A DNA stretch of 64,000 nucleotides, from positions 1,314 through 65,313 of the IMG/VR virus record IMGVR_UViG_3300047571_000001, one strand, 5' to 3'. Position 1 is the first letter of the stretch. Every line of letters begins with the position of its first letter. A program made the translations under genes and the position numbers. The notes under the pieces were generated by a model. That model was given only the letters and a program-made list of their open reading frames with translations. It was not told the DNA's origin and searched no databases. Origin of the DNA: a virus (taxonomy: Duplodnaviria; Caudoviricetes). Positions 60,978-64,000 of the stretch are shown piece by piece.

Positions 60978-62299
60978 GCGTGGATCAGAAGTTGCCCCGC
61001 TTCGTCATCGCCAAGGCCGTCGCCGGACGGATCCGCTACTATTGGACCCTTCCCTCCTACTATCGCAAGCTCGGCTGCGCCCTGCACGCGGAGCATAACA
61101 CGGCGCTCGGCGGCGACTACGGAGCGGCCTGTGGCGCCGACGGCGAGGGCGGCAAGGCGGCCATCCTCAACGCGTTGTTCGACGAATGGGACCGCATCCG
61201 GCTCGGCGCGCCGGCCGAGGCGCCGATCGACGGCAAGGTCGGCACCGTCGACTGGCTGTTCCGGACCTACAAGAAATCCAACGACTGGCAGGAACGCGTC
61301 TCGGCCCGCACCGCGCCCGATCACGAGCGCACCATGGCCCTGGTCGCCGGCATCCGCGGCAAGAGCGGCCAGCGCATCGGCGACAAGATGATCACGGCGA
61401 TCACGCCGGCCGCCGCCGACAAGCTCTATGCCAGGGTGCGCGAGACCCCGATCCGCAAGGGCAAGACCGAGCGGCCCCGCACGGCCGAGAAGGTCGTGGC
61501 GGTCTGCCGGCATGCCTGGAAGGTGGTCCGCCGGCTGCACCCGGGCCTGTTCATCCAAGGTCCCCAGGTCGACGACGTGCCGGTCTGGAATCCCTGGGAG
61601 GGCGTGGCGCTGCGCAGGCGGCAAAAGGCGGTCAAGCCGGCCGCGACCCGGGACGAGGTCTACGCCTTCGCCTGGGGCGCCATAGAGGCGGGCCATGCCG
61701 ACGCTGCCGCAGCTGCGGTCATCTGCTACGAATGGCTGCAACGCCCGGAAAACGTGCTGGCGGGGCATGTAACCTGGAACGGATACCGCGGCGAAGCCCA
61801 GCCAAACCAGATCTGGATCGAGCACCACAAGACCGGAGCAAGGACCCTGCATCCGCTCGAGGAGACAGTCGCAGGCGTCCGTACGCTGTTCCACGAAGAG
61901 GCCGAGGAGGTGCTGAGCCACCTGCCCCGCCTCGGTCCGGGCCTCGTCATGCGCAAGACCCGCGCCGGCGGCCGGCTGTGGGACATCATGCAGATGGGCC
62001 GCCTGGTGCGGTCGCTCCGCGAGCGGTTCGAACTGCCGGCGACGTTTACGCTCGATGCCTGCCGGCATGGCGGTATGACCGAGCTCGAGGAAGCCGAGCT
62101 CACCGATGGCCAGGGCCGCGCGCTGTCAGCCCACAAGTCGCGGGCCTATGAGGGTTATGCCAAGCGCACCGAAAAGCGCGCGCTGGCCGCCACCCGCAAG
62201 CGTTACGCCTATAAGATCGCGGCGGCAGCCGCGGAGAACGCCGCCGTGGCGGACGCTGGCGATATCATCGTAAACGGGGCCGCGCACCGGCGAGGATGA
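60974..62299 (+). CDS. int: Tyrosine recombinase (phage integrase)
   Basis: LQRPE (R), HKTG (K), CRHGG, SAH...Y..Y; GTGA overlap with xis-like gene. Confidence 0.9.
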   Translation: MSVDQKLPRFVIAKAVAGRIRYYWTLPSYYRKLGCALHAEHNTALGGDYGAACGADGEGGKAAILNALFDEWDRIRLGAPAEAPIDGKVGTVDWLFRTYKKSNDWQERVSARTAPDHERTMALVAGIRGKSGQRIGDKMITAITPAAADKLYARVRETPIRKGKTERPRTAEKVVAVCRHAWKVVRRLHPGLFIQGPQVDDVPVWNPWEGVALRRRQKAVKPAATRDEVYAFAWGAIEAGHADAAAAAVICYEWLQRPENVLAGHVTWNGYRGEAQPNQIWIEHHKTGARTLHPLEETVAGVRTLFHEEAEEVLSHLPRLGPGLVMRKTRAGGRLWDIMQMGRLVRSLRERFELPATFTLDACRHGGMTELEEAELTDGQGRALSAHKSRAYEGYAKRTEKRALAATRKRYAYKIAAAAAENAAVADAGDIIVNGAAHRRG

Positions 62300-62317
62300 A
62301 ACCGAGGAAAGTCAACA

Positions 62318-62506
62318 ATGACCGGAGTGATCGATGATCTGGACCGGGCCGCACGCTGGCTGTCGCCTTCCGGCCTCCGGGCCTACATGCATCTCAAGGC
62401 CACAATGACGGATACCGGCGTCGAAGGTGCCGAACTCGAGGAAGTTCTGCGCGGCTTCATCTGGGAACAGGGTGAAGCCGACAGCCGATCTGGATTCACG
62501 CGATAA
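62318..62506 (+). CDS. Hypothetical protein (62 aa)
   Basis: GAGG SD. Confidence 0.55.
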   Translation: MTGVIDDLDRAARWLSPSGLRAYMHLKATMTDTGVEGAELEEVLRGFIWEQGEADSRSGFTR

Positions 62507-62555
62507 AGCGGTCTGCGTATACGTCTTAAATATGGATTATCAGCAGGAGACACAA

Positions 62556-62780
62556 ATGGATGAAAGAACCAAACAGGCGGCGCAAGCCATTTGCCTCCGC
62601 GAGCGCGGCTCCGTCGATGAGCACAATTACAATCGCTGCAAGGTCTGTCGAAGCGCCTGCTACGAGTATGACCCAGAGATCAACGACGAGAAGTGCGTCG
62701 AGCAGCCGGATGGATGCCTCGGCTTCGGCTACCAGTATCTGGCGGAAATCGCCCTACAAGCTGCGGACCGCAGTTCTTAA
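62556..62780 (+). CDS. Cys-containing hypothetical protein (74 aa)
   Basis: AGGAG SD, ATG 62556. Confidence 0.55.
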   Translation: MDERTKQAAQAICLRERGSVDEHNYNRCKVCRSACYEYDPEINDEKCVEQPDGCLGFGYQYLAEIALQAADRSS

Positions 62781-62794
62781 GCCAGGATAGAACA

Positions 62795-62914
62795 GTGCAA
62801 AAACTTCTGATCGCTTTTGTGTTCGGGATGCTGTTTCAGGCGACCATTGGGACAGTGATTGCGACAAATATCACGGCCTACCTCGTGTCAAACCGGAACT
62901 CGGCCCATGACTGA
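62795..62914 (+). CDS. Small membrane peptide (39 aa)
   Basis: AGGA SD, GTG, single TM segment. Confidence 0.4.
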   Translation: MQKLLIAFVFGMLFQATIGTVIATNITAYLVSNRNSAHD

Positions 62915-63140
62915 GCTGCCCGATTCCATCACTAGCTACAGGCCACATCGCCTGCTGCCAGGGGATCGCATCAAAATCGCGGGCGAGAGCAATCGCGTTC
63001 GGCGCATCGTTGCCGGTATAGGCCGCCCGGAAAGCGCAACCAGTTTTCGGACGCTGGTCTATCTGCGCCCGTCGCGCGGCTACGCCAGATACGTTCGGAG
63101 CCAGAAGGCGTCTGCCCGGCGACTCGCCGAAACCCACTAG
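62907..63140 (+). CDS. Hypothetical basic protein (77 aa)
   Basis: Overlaps upstream stop. Confidence 0.5.
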   Translation: MTELPDSITSYRPHRLLPGDRIKIAGESNRVRRIVAGIGRPESATSFRTLVYLRPSRGYARYVRSQKASARRLAETH

Positions 63141-63151
63141 GAGGCCCGCCC

Positions 63152-63595
63152 ATGCGCCCAACCGACCCCGCCCCGCACACCGACGGCCCTGAGGCCGAAA
63201 TAAAGCACCGCGACCGCGCGCTGACGATCGCCAAGGCCATCTTCGATTGGTTCGACCAGGAAGCCGGCAATTTGCCGACCCAACCCCTGCTCTACAACAC
63301 GTTCCAAGACGAACTGACTGTCGGTATCAGTGGCGAGATCGATTTACAGCACCTTGCCGCCGCGATCGATAGGACACTTGGCCCGTCACCGGAGAATTCA
63401 CCGGAGCGCGGTGGCATTGGCGACGCATCGGAAATATTGGCCAAGCATGCAACGCTCAAGCTCCGCGCCCGGCTGGATCATGCCGCAGTGGCGCTTGAAT
63501 GGGGCAATCAGCCTCCCGAGAGCATTGTAGATCTGCTTCGTGAGACATCGCGGGCACTTCAGCCCCCGAAAAGCCCGATGCGAGGCGGCATCTAA
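63152..63595 (+). CDS. Hypothetical protein (147 aa)
   Basis: GGAGG SD. Confidence 0.65.
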   Translation: MRPTDPAPHTDGPEAEIKHRDRALTIAKAIFDWFDQEAGNLPTQPLLYNTFQDELTVGISGEIDLQHLAAAIDRTLGPSPENSPERGGIGDASEILAKHATLKLRARLDHAAVALEWGNQPPESIVDLLRETSRALQPPKSPMRGGI

Positions 63596-63665
63596 ACCGA
63601 AATGCTCGCGATAGTGGCAATCGCGTGATGCGTGAGGTAAGGTTCCGCCGCAGCTATCGCGAGTA

Positions 63666-63848
63666 TTGGACCCGATGAACTTCCATACCCCCTTGATTGA
63701 ATTCTGCATCGCCGTCGCCGTGCTCGGCCCGATCGTCGCGCTGTGCATCTGGAACTACCGCGCCGACCGCGCCCACCGGGCGAGCCTGTCGGAAACCGAG
63801 CGCCGGCGCCTGGACGCCGAAACCGACGACGATGTCGCCAACTGGTGA
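63666..63848 (+). CDS. Small single-TM protein
   Basis: Hydrophobic helix then charged tail; start 63666 or 63675. Confidence 0.5.
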   Translation: MDPMNFHTPLIEFCIAVAVLGPIVALCIWNYRADRAHRASLSETERRRLDAETDDDVANW

Positions 63849-63900
63849 CCCGCTACGGCGGGCCGCGGGGCGACCGCTCCAAATCCGCTTTAAAAAGCGA

Positions 63901-63966
63901 GTTTCAGAACTCGATTGCCGGATAATCAGCGGGTTTGCTGCCGGATTCCGAAGACATGTTTCAGAA
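63901..63966 (+). repeat. Direct repeats GTTTCAGAA (63901, 63958) plus variant GATTCCGAA; possible integrase arm-type sites
   Basis: Two exact 9-mers and one variant in non-coding DNA downstream of int. Confidence 0.45.
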
Positions 63967-64000
63967 GTTTGTTTGATCGGGCTCGCGAACTGGTCTGATT

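Larger units (their letters stand above)
605..64000. mobile_element. Temperate siphovirus-like prophage (ends not resolved in window)
   Basis: Ordered lysis, tail, head, packaging, replication, immunity and xis/int modules with extensive ATGA/TGATG coupling; no att core pair seen. Confidence 0.95.

Overview
This window is almost entirely one temperate siphovirus-type prophage (HK97-like head, long non-contractile tail) in a GC-rich alphaproteobacterial host. A Bradyrhizobiaceae-like host is my inference from gene families. Left to right: higA plus a small ORF (+); then one long minus-strand arm from ~55.1 kb down to ~0.7 kb, which in transcription order holds cro/cII-like, early and replication genes, a NusG-like antiterminator, HNH-terS-terL-portal-collagen-ClpP-capsid, a sugar-modification cluster, head/neck accessory proteins, tail, lysis and post-lysis accessory genes; then the cI-type repressor with four 17-bp operators; then a plus-strand early arm ending in xis-int, followed by about six more small genes and probable integrase arm-type repeats. 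Neither att core is visible, so both prophage ends probably lie outside the window. The most striking unexplained structure is a ~660-nt non-coding stretch (53220-53877, minus strand). It is an array of folded RNA domains: three tRNA-sized units with shared CAGUU linkers, and two copies of a GUCAYG...CGUGACA-stem-GAGAGA-stem motif. Other leads: a glycosyltransferase/acyltransferase cluster directly behind the capsid genes, a Tat-like peptide fused to a DUF1778 antitoxin-like tail, CtrA-like and Myb-like DNA-binding proteins, and gene cassettes bounded by repeated start/stop modules. All family assignments come from motif recognition by eye; no database searches were run.
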